Shown piece by piece: positions 37,004 to 46,605 of a stretch of DNA of 64,000 nt. The stretch is taken from NCBI GenBank assembly GCA_050253075.1, contig JBFWJS010000001.1:608001-672000 (forward strand). Reading direction: 5' to 3'. The translations under genes and the position numbers were made by a program. Numbering within the stretch: the first letter of the stretch is position 1; every line of letters begins with the position of its first letter. Source of the DNA: Deferribacterales bacterium. GTDB lineage: Bacteria; Chrysiogenota; Deferribacteres; Deferribacterales; Geovibrionaceae. The notes below the pieces were generated by a model, which ran no database searches, was not told the DNA's origin, and saw nothing but the letters and a program-made list of their open reading frames with translations.

Positions 37004-37396
37004 ATGAAAAAGTTATTTCCATTGATTGCGGTGGCGTTCATAGCCGTCGTCGTGCTTATTTCAGTTATCCCGGATTATAAAGAAAGCCAGAAACCATTCA
37101 ATAAGTTCCTATCATTTGCGAAGAGCAACGGGTTCGGTGTGGCTGTACTGGTGCAAGATGATGTCGCATCGGCAAATGCCGTTCAGGAGATCATAAAGCT
37201 CGAGAAGAACCTCGGCATCACAGTACACACTGCATACTATACAGGTGACGAGGCCGTGAAAATGGCTGCCGAACAGCTACTCACGGTTCCTGCATTTTTC
37301 ATCGCCGACGGTGACGGAAACCTCGCAGTGAAAGAAAAGGGTGAGATCACCGCACAGAGGCTTGTTCCGTATTTCTCAGATCTTCATACACATTAG
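37004..37396 (+). CDS. Membrane-anchored thioredoxin-fold-like protein without cysteines
   Basis: N-terminal TM segment; VPAFFIADGDG cis-Pro-like motif; no CxxC. Confidence 0.55.
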   Translation: MKKLFPLIAVAFIAVVVLISVIPDYKESQKPFNKFLSFAKSNGFGVAVLVQDDVASANAVQEIIKLEKNLGITVHTAYYTGDEAVKMAAEQLLTVPAFFIADGDGNLAVKEKGEITAQRLVPYFSDLHTH

Positions 37397-37445
37397 AAAG
37401 TGACTGCCGCTCCCATTCTGCTGAGTGCGGCAGTTTTTCGTTTAT

Positions 37446-38750
37446 CTAGAAGGTGATGGTGGTATCGTTGTCGCCCGGTTCGCTGTCTGTCGCCCAGTCG
37501 ATCAGGGCGTATCCGAGGGCTGCGGTGTCTGCATCTGCGCTGGCTATCAGCGACTGGATGATGGCGTCTGCAGTTGCGCTGAGGGCTGCATATGTCTCAT
37601 CCCCTGCATAGTGGAGCACGTGCACCTCTGATGCTGCGGGGGCCACTGCTGCGTTTATGCCGTATGTAGGCAGGAGAGCAGTGTAAAGGTCGAGCATGCC
37701 GTCCGCCGTGAATGTCGTTTTATATGTTGCGAAGTCCGCAACGGAATCTATCTCGTTTATCTCATAGCTGTTTATTGTGAGCTGTCCGCTTGCCACGTCG
37801 AGGTCTATCACTCTGTACGGGCATGGTGCCGTGACTGTGGAGCCTGTCTCTACTTCGTAAAGCGCACTGTTTGCGAATGTCGCCTTTATGATGTCCTGTG
37901 CGTGGAAGTGCCCTGTGAAAAAGAGGTTGAGCCCTGCATCGGCAAGTGTTTCACCCACGGCGGCGTAATCATCCAGCACATATTCGGCAAAGAATGTGGT
38001 CTGGGCAGCGAAGTGAGGAGTTATAGCGTGGTGCTGCATGCCGAAGACTGTTATGCCTCTGGACTTTGCCTCTGCCAGCTTGCCTGTTATCCAGTCGAGG
38101 GTTTCGTCTGAGATAGCTCCCGATGTGTCCGGTGATGTGGTGTTATTATCGTACTTGCATGAATCGATGGCAAAGAGCCACACGTTGTCTGCTATATCTG
38201 CGATGTAAGAGAGAGAGTTCGGGTCTCTGTAGAGGGCATCGCCGTATCCGAAAGCGTCATACATAGCTGCAAATCCTGCGGGAGTGATGCTGTCCACCTC
38301 TGTGGTAGTGTCACCGCTGAAGGATACAGCATGGGGGTTGTTTATGTCGTGGTTGCCCGGTACGACGTAGACCTTTACGCCCTGATCGAGCAGTGGCTGC
38401 ATTATAGAGACGAATTTCTGATGACAGACATATTCGCCGTCTTTTGTCAGGTCGCCGGGGACGAGCACGAAGTCGAGTCCGCTGACTGCCAGCAGATTAT
38501 TCACGACATTCTCAAGTATCTCAGAGCTCTGTGCGAGCATCTTTCTGTCGCTTGCGAGGTATGTTTCAAAGGCTGTGCCTGTTGTTCCGAGCGAAGTGTC
38601 GTATACGTGCGGGTCTGAAAGGACTGCGAATTTCGCAGATGAAATATTATCAGAATCTGAGCTGCCTCCGCAGCCTGAGAGACCGAGCGAAAGCCCTGCT
38701 GTGAGAACCACGCTTGATCTGAGGAATCCTCTTCTAGAGATATTGTGCAT
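37446..38750 (-). CDS. Tat-exported lipoprotein metallophosphoesterase
   Basis: SRRGFL, LSGC, DPH, GDLT, GNHD, GHFH. Confidence 0.92.
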   Translation of the reverse strand: MHNISRRGFLRSSVVLTAGLSLGLSGCGGSSDSDNISSAKFAVLSDPHVYDTSLGTTGTAFETYLASDRKMLAQSSEILENVVNNLLAVSGLDFVLVPGDLTKDGEYVCHQKFVSIMQPLLDQGVKVYVVPGNHDINNPHAVSFSGDTTTEVDSITPAGFAAMYDAFGYGDALYRDPNSLSYIADIADNVWLFAIDSCKYDNNTTSPDTSGAISDETLDWITGKLAEAKSRGITVFGMQHHAITPHFAAQTTFFAEYVLDDYAAVGETLADAGLNLFFTGHFHAQDIIKATFANSALYEVETGSTVTAPCPYRVIDLDVASGQLTINSYEINEIDSVADFATYKTTFTADGMLDLYTALLPTYGINAAVAPAASEVHVLHYAGDETYAALSATADAIIQSLIASADADTAALGYALIDWATDSEPGDNDTTITF

Positions 38751-38882
38751 CACTGAACCTCCCGAAATAATTATGTGATTATCAGGCATGGGTGATACAG
38801 AGTTTTCATATAGATTTCTTAAAAGGATAAACTTTAATTTCTCCGCTTAATAAAGAATGTGAAGAAAGTATGCAGATTTATC

Positions 38883-38909
38883 TTAACGTTTATAAGGATG
38901 AGCCGATTT
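38883..38909 (+). promoter_or_regulatory. Sigma-28 (FliA)-type promoter
   Basis: TTAA-N15-GCCGATTT upstream of a flagellin-like gene. Confidence 0.7.
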
Positions 38910-38956
38910 AACGATTAGGGAATTACTTTCCCGTTATTATTACATGCGGAGCCGTG

Positions 38957-39907
38957 ATGCAATTCTTTAATCTGGGCACATTTGACAGGTCTAATGTCCT
39001 GTCTAACACACAGAAAGCTCATTCGCAGATATCAGAAAGCATCCGTCGCATTGCGTCCGGAGTCAAATCCTTCTCGGACGACCCTGTCTCGGCAAAGATA
39101 TCCACAAAGATAAGCGCACAGATAGACGAGATAAGGCAAAACATTAAAAACACGCAGGATGCCATGGGTGCACTGGAGCTCCAAAGGTCGCAGACACTGG
39201 TGAAGGTAGACGTGATGCAGCGCATACGTGAGCTCGCCATAGCATATAAGAACGATACCCTCTCCGAAAGTGAGAAGGACAGCATACAGGATCAGGCGGA
39301 TGAACTGGCGAAACTGCTTAATGATGACAGCACACTCACCAGATTCGCATCGAAGATATCCATCGGCAGTGACGGTTCGATAAACGGACTGAGCAGTAAC
39401 ATATCCATCATAACGGCTGAAAACGGTGAAGAGTCTTTTGTATTCAGCCCCACCGTAGCATCACTCACTGGGGAGATAGATGCAAGTGCCGTATTATCCG
39501 CCAACGTGTCTTTTTTGCAAAAGGTAGAGGGGGAGACAGTCTCCTCTTCGGTCAGTCTTACAGAGCTGGCTTTGAATATGGACAATTATGAGGAGGAAGA
39601 TGCCGACCACGCATATGATTTCTCCGCCGCAGGCATACTGGACACCATCAGTAAAGACCTCGAAAGATACACATCCGCAGCAGCCAGCCAGACAGCAAGG
39701 CTGAATGCCATGGAGTATCATCTGGATTTTCTGGATAATAAGAGGCTGAATCTGGAGAGCTGGCATAATAGCATCACATCTACAGATATAGCCGAAGAGA
39801 CAGCAAACCTTGCTAAATCCCAGCTTCAGGCGCAAATGGGGCAAAACCTCATCAAAGTGCAGAATGATATCGAAAGGAGCATGGTCTTCACCCTGCTTAC
39901 CATGTGA
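38957..39907 (+). CDS. Divergent flagellin-like protein
   Basis: RIASG...DDP, MQRIRELA, TDIAEETANL..Q flagellin N/C-terminal signatures. Confidence 0.85.
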   Translation: MQFFNLGTFDRSNVLSNTQKAHSQISESIRRIASGVKSFSDDPVSAKISTKISAQIDEIRQNIKNTQDAMGALELQRSQTLVKVDVMQRIRELAIAYKNDTLSESEKDSIQDQADELAKLLNDDSTLTRFASKISIGSDGSINGLSSNISIITAENGEESFVFSPTVASLTGEIDASAVLSANVSFLQKVEGETVSSSVSLTELALNMDNYEEEDADHAYDFSAAGILDTISKDLERYTSAAASQTARLNAMEYHLDFLDNKRLNLESWHNSITSTDIAEETANLAKSQLQAQMGQNLIKVQNDIERSMVFTLLTM

Positions 39908-39953
39908 AATCTGCAAGTTTCCCACCCAAAATAACGCACTATTAAAAGATGAT

Positions 39954-40000
39954 TTGACATATTAGAGTATTTGCTCTACTTTAGAGTAAATACTCTAAAG
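39954..40000 (+). promoter_or_regulatory. Sigma-70 promoter with two tandem palindromic operators (TetR-type)
   Basis: TTGACA(39954)-N17-TACTTT; TAGAGTA-TT-TGCTCTA and CTTTAGAGTA-AA-TACTCTAAAG. Confidence 0.8.
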
Positions 40001-40009
40001 GTGACGCTC

Positions 40010-41368
40010 ATGAGAATATTACTGATACATCCCCCTAGTCTGGACAGCTTTATGGACAAGGTCTTCATGTTTGAACCCCTTGCTCTGGAATACCTCGCCG
40101 CAGGAATGGTGGAAGAGGGGCTGGAGGTAAAGATACTGGACAGCAGGATAGAACCCGACATCATGGGATGTGTGCAGAGGTATAACCCTGACTTCGTAGG
40201 GGTGACATCCTACACCGCACAGCTGAACATAGCAAAGAAGGTGTGCGAGGATATCAAAGCTCTCAAGCCTTCTGTGAAGATAATATTCGGAGGTCATCAC
40301 GCCACGGTGAAACCCGATGACCTGAACGAGCCGTATATAGACGCCGTGGTTATCGGCGAGGGGGTATATACCCTCAGAGAGCTGATCCGCGCGTATCTTT
40401 CCGGCGGCGATGTAATGTCTGTCAGCGGACTGGGGATACCATCCCCCGATGGGCTGATATATACACATCCACGGGAATACACACCGCTGGACGATCTGCC
40501 CATACCCGCCAGATACCTCACGGATAAATACCGTGATCATTACTTCAGCGAATGGTTCAAGCCCTTGGCTTCCGTCCGCACATCCCTCGGATGCACGGCC
40601 AGATGCACATTCTGCGCTCTGTGGTCTGTCACAGGCGGGAAGTATCTGAAGCGTTCATTCGACGGCATCATAAAGGAGCTGCGGATGGTGAAAGAGGATA
40701 ACGTCTTCTTCTGCGACGATGAGTCCATGTGTGACGTGCGCCGTATGGATGCCCTCGCCGACGAGATAAAAAAGGCGGGCATAGCCAAGAACTACTTCCT
40801 CTATGCCAGAGTGGATACTATCGTGCGCCACCCGGAGCTCTTTCATAAATGGGCAGGCATAGGGCTGAAGCAGGTTTTCGTCGGTATGGAGGATTTCTCC
40901 GATGTGCGCCTGAGAGAGATGAAAAAGAACATAACGTCCGACCAGCAGGCCGAGGCGGTAAGGATATTAAGGGAATGCGGCATAATGATGTATGCGTCAT
41001 TCATGGTCAGCCCCGATTACACACCACAGGATTTTGCAATGCTTAAGGCGTATGTGCGGAAGCTGAAGCTGACCTATGCCACATTTACCGTTATGACACC
41101 TCTACCCGGTACAGAACTGTATGAGATGAACAAGGATAAGATGCTTTCGCACAAGCCTGAGCTGTTCGACATGATACACCTGCTCCTCCCTCCGCAGATG
41201 CCTATGGAGGATTTTTATAAAGAACTGGCAAAGCTGTATCAGGAGGCAGTGCCTTTTTATAAACTGCTCCCCGTGATATTCCGCTTCGGCTTTCACGGCA
41301 TATTTCAGAGGCTGGGACTGCTGAAACAGTTCATGAATAAGGTGCAGAACGCACATCTTGATTACTGA
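40010..41368 (+). CDS. Cobalamin-binding radical SAM protein
   Basis: EPLALEYLA, GGHHAT, GEG, CTARCTFC, TPLPGT. Confidence 0.93.
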   Translation: MRILLIHPPSLDSFMDKVFMFEPLALEYLAAGMVEEGLEVKILDSRIEPDIMGCVQRYNPDFVGVTSYTAQLNIAKKVCEDIKALKPSVKIIFGGHHATVKPDDLNEPYIDAVVIGEGVYTLRELIRAYLSGGDVMSVSGLGIPSPDGLIYTHPREYTPLDDLPIPARYLTDKYRDHYFSEWFKPLASVRTSLGCTARCTFCALWSVTGGKYLKRSFDGIIKELRMVKEDNVFFCDDESMCDVRRMDALADEIKKAGIAKNYFLYARVDTIVRHPELFHKWAGIGLKQVFVGMEDFSDVRLREMKKNITSDQQAEAVRILRECGIMMYASFMVSPDYTPQDFAMLKAYVRKLKLTYATFTVMTPLPGTELYEMNKDKMLSHKPELFDMIHLLLPPQMPMEDFYKELAKLYQEAVPFYKLLPVIFRFGFHGIFQRLGLLKQFMNKVQNAHLDY

Positions 41369-41391
41369 CCGGATTGCCTGTATATTACGGC

Positions 41392-41991
41392 ATGTCAAGA
41401 AAGCAGGAAATACTGGACACGGCGGTGAAGCTCTTCAACGAGCAGGGGACAAAGGCTGTGACCACAAACCACATAGCCGCAGAAATGGGCATCAGCACGG
41501 GAAATCTGTATTATTATTTCAGGAATAAAGAAGAGATAATCCGTGAAATATTCGCAGAGATGGACCGCACCGGTATGGAAGCATACGGGGCGATAGTCAG
41601 CGAGCATCCGCCCGGTTCTCTGGAAACGCTGGAAAAGGCATTCGTGATGATACAGAAGTTCAACTGGCGTTACAGGTTTTTCAAAAGGGAGCTGACGGCT
41701 CTGCTGATGGCAGACCCTGAGCTGCGCAGGTCATATGAAAGCGCCCACAACAGCATGCTCGGGCTCGCCCGCATCGGCATAGTGAATGCCGTGGAGACAG
41801 GCATCTTCAGACCTATGGACGAGACTGAGATAAACCTGTTCGCCGAAGAGGTGGTTATACTGATACTCTTCTGGCTGAATTATCTGGAGATCGGCGGTGA
41901 GGAAGTGACCGAAGAATCCCTGCAAAGGGGTAACGAGGTTCTGCGGAGCGCAATGCACAGCCGCATGGTGAACCCGCCTAAACAGGTCTGA
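41392..41991 (+). CDS. TetR family regulator
   Basis: TTNHIAAEMGISTGNLYYYFRNKEEI. Confidence 0.95.
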   Translation: MSRKQEILDTAVKLFNEQGTKAVTTNHIAAEMGISTGNLYYYFRNKEEIIREIFAEMDRTGMEAYGAIVSEHPPGSLETLEKAFVMIQKFNWRYRFFKRELTALLMADPELRRSYESAHNSMLGLARIGIVNAVETGIFRPMDETEINLFAEEVVILILFWLNYLEIGGEEVTEESLQRGNEVLRSAMHSRMVNPPKQV

Positions 41992-42820
41992 TGACCACCT
42001 CTATGTCCATCGGTTTGCCCGTGTAGACAAACGATGTGACGGCGACGTCTATCCCCGTCTTTGCGTATTCCTCTACGGTTTCGACATTTATCCCGCCTGC
42101 CGCCTCTATGGTTATGTGCGGATATTTCTCCTTCAGCATGGGGACCCACTGGCTCAGCTTATCGGGCTTTACCTTATCAAACTGAATGTTCAGCGCACCC
42201 GCAACGATAGCTTTCTCGGCATAGTCGAGGCTTTCACATTCGACGGTCAGTCTCTTTTCAGGCTGCATCTTTGCCGCTTTGGAGAGAGCTTTCAGCATCT
42301 CTTCCTCAGATGTGAAGAAGTTAGTATGGTTTTCGAAAAGGAGGAATGTCTCTGAGACTCCCAGCCTGTGCGGAGTGCCTTTGCCCGCCTGTACGGCGTT
42401 CATACATATGGTCTTTCCGCCGGGGAAGCTCTTCCTTGTGCATGCCACGACAAGGTTAGGGTTTACCGCACGCCCCTTTTTGACCATTGCTCTGGTGCGT
42501 GTGGCTATGCCTGTGGCGTGTTCCATGATGTTTTGCGCCACTTTCCACCCCATGTGCAGGATGCCCGCCTTTGCTCTGGCTGTCATGATGTGGTCGCCCG
42601 CTTTAAGCTCTGCGCCGTTTGATGCGGATATCTCGAGCTCTGCGCCCAGCTTTTTCAGTATCGCCGATGCCTCGTCTGCCCCTGAGAGCACACAGTCGAA
42701 TCTGGCTCTGAATATCATCTCGCCGTTTATGTCGGATATGCCCATCTCCTCTGTGGTGAGGTCTCCGTAGGGCACGTCTTCGGATATCAGTTTATCTATC
42801 AGATGGTCATGGAATAACAC
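41978..42820 (-). CDS. modD: ModD (NadC-like) protein
   Basis: EDVPYGDLTT, CTRKSFPG, HRLGVSE, AAGGIN; located in the mod operon. Confidence 0.9.
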   Translation of the reverse strand: MLFHDHLIDKLISEDVPYGDLTTEEMGISDINGEMIFRARFDCVLSGADEASAILKKLGAELEISASNGAELKAGDHIMTARAKAGILHMGWKVAQNIMEHATGIATRTRAMVKKGRAVNPNLVVACTRKSFPGGKTICMNAVQAGKGTPHRLGVSETFLLFENHTNFFTSEEEMLKALSKAAKMQPEKRLTVECESLDYAEKAIVAGALNIQFDKVKPDKLSQWVPMLKEKYPHITIEAAGGINVETVEEYAKTGIDVAVTSFVYTGKPMDIEVVIRPV

Positions 42821-42853
42821 ATTGAACTCCTTAAAATTTCGAACTTATGCTGA

Positions 42854-43528
42854 TTATAGCGCAGAGAGGCGCCTTAGTGCAAAGAAAACAAGGAGGGATA
42901 TAGACCCCAGTATCAGACAGAGGAAGCCCGCCCGCATAAAGTCTGCATCCATCACAGAGTTGTATATCTCAAGGGATATGGTATTTGTCTTCCCCACCAT
43001 GTTTCCGCCGACCATGAGCGTTATGCCCACTTCGCCCAGTGAACGCCCCGCAGCGAGGATGAGCCCTGCGCCGAGGCTTCGTTTTACGGCGGGGATGATG
43101 ATAAGGAAGAATACCTGTATCTCATTCTTGCCCAGAGTCTTAGCGGCATCCGCCAGACGGAAAACGTCCCGCTCTATGGCAGACTGTATCGGTTTCACCA
43201 CCAGAGGCAGCCCCGCTATGAAGGCTGCCGTCACCACCCCTGTTTCGGTGAAGATTATCTCCGGTGTTATGCCTGTTTTACCTATCAATCCGTTCCTGCC
43301 GAACAGCAGAAGTAATAAGAACCCTGTGCCCACCGGCGGAAAAACGAGGGGAAGCGTGACAAGGAAATCCACGAGTCCTGTTACTAAGCTCTTCTTTCGG
43401 GCCAGATAGTAGCCTATCAAAAGCCCTGTTATTGCATGAAGGACCACTGCTGTCAGGCAGGTACGTGCTGTGAGAGCGATGGTAAAGGCAATATCTTTAT
43501 CTGAAATGAAACTCAGAAACGTGTTCAT
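42854..43528 (-). CDS. modB: Molybdate ABC transporter permease
   Basis: LPLVFPP..GF.LL, RSLGEVG.T.MVGGN. Confidence 0.92.
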   Translation of the reverse strand: MNTFLSFISDKDIAFTIALTARTCLTAVVLHAITGLLIGYYLARKKSLVTGLVDFLVTLPLVFPPVGTGFLLLLLFGRNGLIGKTGITPEIIFTETGVVTAAFIAGLPLVVKPIQSAIERDVFRLADAAKTLGKNEIQVFFLIIIPAVKRSLGAGLILAAGRSLGEVGITLMVGGNMVGKTNTISLEIYNSVMDADFMRAGFLCLILGSISLLVFFALRRLSAL

Positions 43529-44250
43529 TAAAGCCCGTGCTTTTTGGCTACCGCTTTCACCTGCTCAGACTGTACACACTTTCTGTATCTGTCGGCAGCT
43601 TCTGATGTTTCAAATCCTTTTATGATGCCCGTGATGATATCTATCTTTTTATATCCTTCTTCGATAAGGATATATCCGCCTATCTTGTCCAGAGAGCCGA
43701 GAGTGTCTGTCAGGTTTGAAAAGCCTGCGTCAACTTCGCCCGTTACAACGTATGATGTTACCTGCGGCACTGTGGCTACTTCGAGCATTTTGCTCTGCAT
43801 GGCCTCTGTCATCCCTTTGGATTCCATGTATTCCATGCCTGCCACGCCGTAGATAGCTTTCTTTGTGTTTGGTATGGCCATTCTGCCTACTTTGTCTGTG
43901 GTGATCTCGTCCACGGATTTGATATCCAGCCCCTTGCGCCAGATAAGCACGAGCTTGCCCTCGCCTATCAGGTGGGATTCTGCGAAATCTGTGCCCGCTT
44001 TTGTGAGGAACCGTTTATCGCCGATAACAGCCTGCACCAGCCCTGTTGTTTTTATCTGTGCGATAACCTGTCCGAGGTTTCCGAATGACATGTTCATCTT
44101 CACGCCGAAGTCTTTTTCACATGTGTCGGCTATGTCTACCACCAGTTTCTTGAACCCTGCTCCCGAAGCCACGATAAATTCTTCATTTGCCTGTGCGGCA
44201 GATGCTGTCAGGACTATGACGGAAGCGATCATTACTAATAACTTTTTCAT
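43528..44250 (-). CDS. modA: Molybdate ABC transporter binding protein
   Basis: Signal peptide; AIPN...AIYG; operon context. Confidence 0.9.
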   Translation of the reverse strand: MKKLLVMIASVIVLTASAAQANEEFIVASGAGFKKLVVDIADTCEKDFGVKMNMSFGNLGQVIAQIKTTGLVQAVIGDKRFLTKAGTDFAESHLIGEGKLVLIWRKGLDIKSVDEITTDKVGRMAIPNTKKAIYGVAGMEYMESKGMTEAMQSKMLEVATVPQVTSYVVTGEVDAGFSNLTDTLGSLDKIGGYILIEEGYKKIDIITGIIKGFETSEAADRYRKCVQSEQVKAVAKKHGL

Positions 44251-44267
44251 TTATTCTCCTTTTAGGT

Positions 44268-44957
44268 TTATTGCGCCAGTAAAAGCGGGGATGCATAGGA
44301 TATCCGGGGGAGTATCGTCTCTCGAGAGCCGTCGCAGCTCACCAGTCCGCCCTCCAGAAGCACTATATGGTCGGCGAGGCATGCCGCCTCTTCATATGAA
44401 TGTGTAACGAGCACCACAGGGATGTTGAATGTCTTCGGTATGCGCTTTATGTATGGTATCAGCTCATTCTTCCTGACCTGATCAAGGGAGGACATCGGCT
44501 CGTCCATCAGTAGATATTCGGGCTCTGAAAGGAGCGCCCTGCCTATGGCTACCCTCTGGCCTTCACCGCCGGAGAGCGTGTCGGGCCTTCTGTCCAGCAG
44601 GTCGGATATGCCGAGCAGTTCGGCTATCTCGCCGAGCTTTTCGCCCTTGGATTTTCTGCATCCGAAGAGCAGATTCCGCCTGACAGACATAAAAGGAAAG
44701 AGCCGTTTATCCTGAAAGATATAGCCGGCCCTCCTTTTATGTGTTGGGGTATCTATCTTTGATTCCGAGTCGAAGAGTACACGTCCGCTTATTTTTATGC
44801 TCCCTTTGTCGGGCTTTATCAGTCCGGAGAGCATGTTTATTATGCTTGTCTTCCCTGCGCCTGAGTGTCCGTAGAGGACAGTTATCCCCTCTGGTGCGCT
44901 GAAGCTCACATCTATCAGTGTTTTACCTAGTCTTTTGGTTACGGATACTTCCAGCAT
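44268..44957 (-). CDS. modC: Molybdate ABC transporter ATPase (no TOBE domain)
   Basis: GHSGAGKT, FQD.RLFP, LSGGEGQR, LLMDEP. Confidence 0.92.
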   Translation of the reverse strand: MLEVSVTKRLGKTLIDVSFSAPEGITVLYGHSGAGKTSIINMLSGLIKPDKGSIKISGRVLFDSESKIDTPTHKRRAGYIFQDKRLFPFMSVRRNLLFGCRKSKGEKLGEIAELLGISDLLDRRPDTLSGGEGQRVAIGRALLSEPEYLLMDEPMSSLDQVRKNELIPYIKRIPKTFNIPVVLVTHSYEEAACLADHIVLLEGGLVSCDGSRETILPRISYASPLLLAQ

Positions 44958-44969
44958 ATTTCACCTTTT

Positions 44970-45023
44970 CGTTATGTATTAAATGTAATAACGCTAAAAC
45001 GTTATATAATACTAGTTATAACG
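44970..45023. promoter_or_regulatory. Two tandem ModE-type boxes
   Basis: CGTTATGTATTAAATGTAATAACG (44970-44993) and CGTTATATAATACTAGTTATAACG (45000-45023) resemble CGTTATATA-N6-TATATAACG. Confidence 0.85.
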
Positions 45024-45092
45024 ATTGTCAATAATTCTTTAAAATCCCGCAAAAAATGATATGGTAGTCCATGATTATTTCGCGGAGGCAAA

Positions 45093-46157
45093 ATGTTTCT
45101 CTTATTCTTTTATATCCTGCTTGCACTGGTGCTTTCATTCGTGTGTTCTGTTATGGAGGCAGTGCTGCTCAGCATCACCCCTGCATACATCGCTCAAAAG
45201 GAGAAGGAGGACAGACGCAAAGGACGCAGTCTGCGCCGTATGAAGGACGATATCGAAAGTCCGCTGGCGGCCATTCTCAGCCTTAACACCATAGCCCACA
45301 CGCTGGGTGCTGCGGGTGCAGGTGCACAGGCGGCGCATATATTCGGCGATAAATATGTCGGCATAATCTCCGCAGTGCTGACCCTTGCAATACTAATTTT
45401 TTCAGAAATAATCCCGAAGACGATAGGTGCACTCTATTGGAAGAATCTTGCCCCTTATGTCGTCTTTTCCGTCGGGGTTACACATGTGCTGATGTATCCG
45501 CTGGTGGTTATGTCTAACGGCATCACAGGCTTTCTGAAAAAGGGCTCAAAGGACGGAAAGGTCGATAAAGACGAGTTCGAAGCTCTGATGGAAAAGGCCG
45601 TGAAGGATAAGATATTCAGCTGGCAGGAATCCAGCATCCTGAGAAATATAATACTCTTCCGCAAGCTCCCCGTGAGGCAGATAATGACCCCCCGTACGGT
45701 GCTTTATGCTCTGGAGGAGGACATGACAGTGGACGAGATACTAGCCGAAGATCCGGATATGATATTCTCACGCATACCGATATACGACGACGAGATAGAC
45801 TCCGTGAAAGGATTCGTGCTGAAAAGCGACATCCTGCTCGCACATTACGAAGATAAAGGACAGGCAAAGCTGTCTGAGCTGAGACGTGAGATGAAGGAAG
45901 TGCCCGAATCGCTGAACGTACTCACCCTCTTTGACGAAATGGTGAAGGAGAACAGGCACATCTGCCTTGTAATAGACGAATACGGCGGTGTTGCGGGTGT
46001 TGTCACCCTTGAGGATATAATAGAGACCCTGACAGGGCTCGAGATCATAGACGAAAAAGATATGGTTCAGGACATGCAGAAGCTGGCAAGAGCCCAGTGG
46101 GAAAAGCGTGCAAAGCGCATGGGGCTCACTCCTGACTGCGAAGATACTCCTCAGTGA
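45093..46157 (+). CDS. CNNM/DUF21-CBS membrane protein
   Basis: CSVMEA.LLS, SEIIPKT, IMTPR, DEYGG..G.VTLEDIIE. Confidence 0.92.
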   Translation: MFLLFFYILLALVLSFVCSVMEAVLLSITPAYIAQKEKEDRRKGRSLRRMKDDIESPLAAILSLNTIAHTLGAAGAGAQAAHIFGDKYVGIISAVLTLAILIFSEIIPKTIGALYWKNLAPYVVFSVGVTHVLMYPLVVMSNGITGFLKKGSKDGKVDKDEFEALMEKAVKDKIFSWQESSILRNIILFRKLPVRQIMTPRTVLYALEEDMTVDEILAEDPDMIFSRIPIYDDEIDSVKGFVLKSDILLAHYEDKGQAKLSELRREMKEVPESLNVLTLFDEMVKENRHICLVIDEYGGVAGVVTLEDIIETLTGLEIIDEKDMVQDMQKLARAQWEKRAKRMGLTPDCEDTPQ

Positions 46158-46509
46158 TGGTCTTCAGGCTCAGCAGATAAAGGCTGACGGCTATGCCGAT
46201 GAATATCAGCAATGCATCAACGTACATGTTCTTTACTATATAAATAGATAAACCAAGCGAAAGCCACAGGGTGGAGACAGCCTTCACCTTTGTGCTCTTT
46301 CTCATACCTCTGTATTTCATATAATTTTTAATAGGCGGTCCGAAGACCTTATGGTTTGTTATCCATCGGTGCATCCGCTCTGAGCTCCGCAGGAAAAAGA
46401 ACGATGCGAGCAGCATGAACGGAGTGGTGGGGAGCACGGGCAGAAAGATGCCTGTGATGCCCAGTGCCAGAAAGATGAAGCCCAGAGAACCGTATGCTGC
46501 TTTTTTCAT
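46126..46509 (-). CDS. YbaN/DUF454 membrane protein
   Basis: LPVLPTTPF.LLA..FF.RSS. Confidence 0.9.
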   Translation of the reverse strand: MKKAAYGSLGFIFLALGITGIFLPVLPTTPFMLLASFFFLRSSERMHRWITNHKVFGPPIKNYMKYRGMRKSTKVKAVSTLWLSLGLSIYIVKNMYVDALLIFIGIAVSLYLLSLKTITEEYLRSQE

Positions 46510-46605
46510 AAGTGAATATTAGGTATTTTGGTTAAAAGTTTCAATTATCTTTTTTGTTGGATACTTTGGTGCTATGATGGCGCAAATTTTTTACAGAGGA
46601 AAGAT

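Noticed and set aside
46510..46605. Purine riboswitch before the NCS2 permease and ade
   Set aside because: Short AT-rich divergent intergenic region with no purine aptamer core motifs
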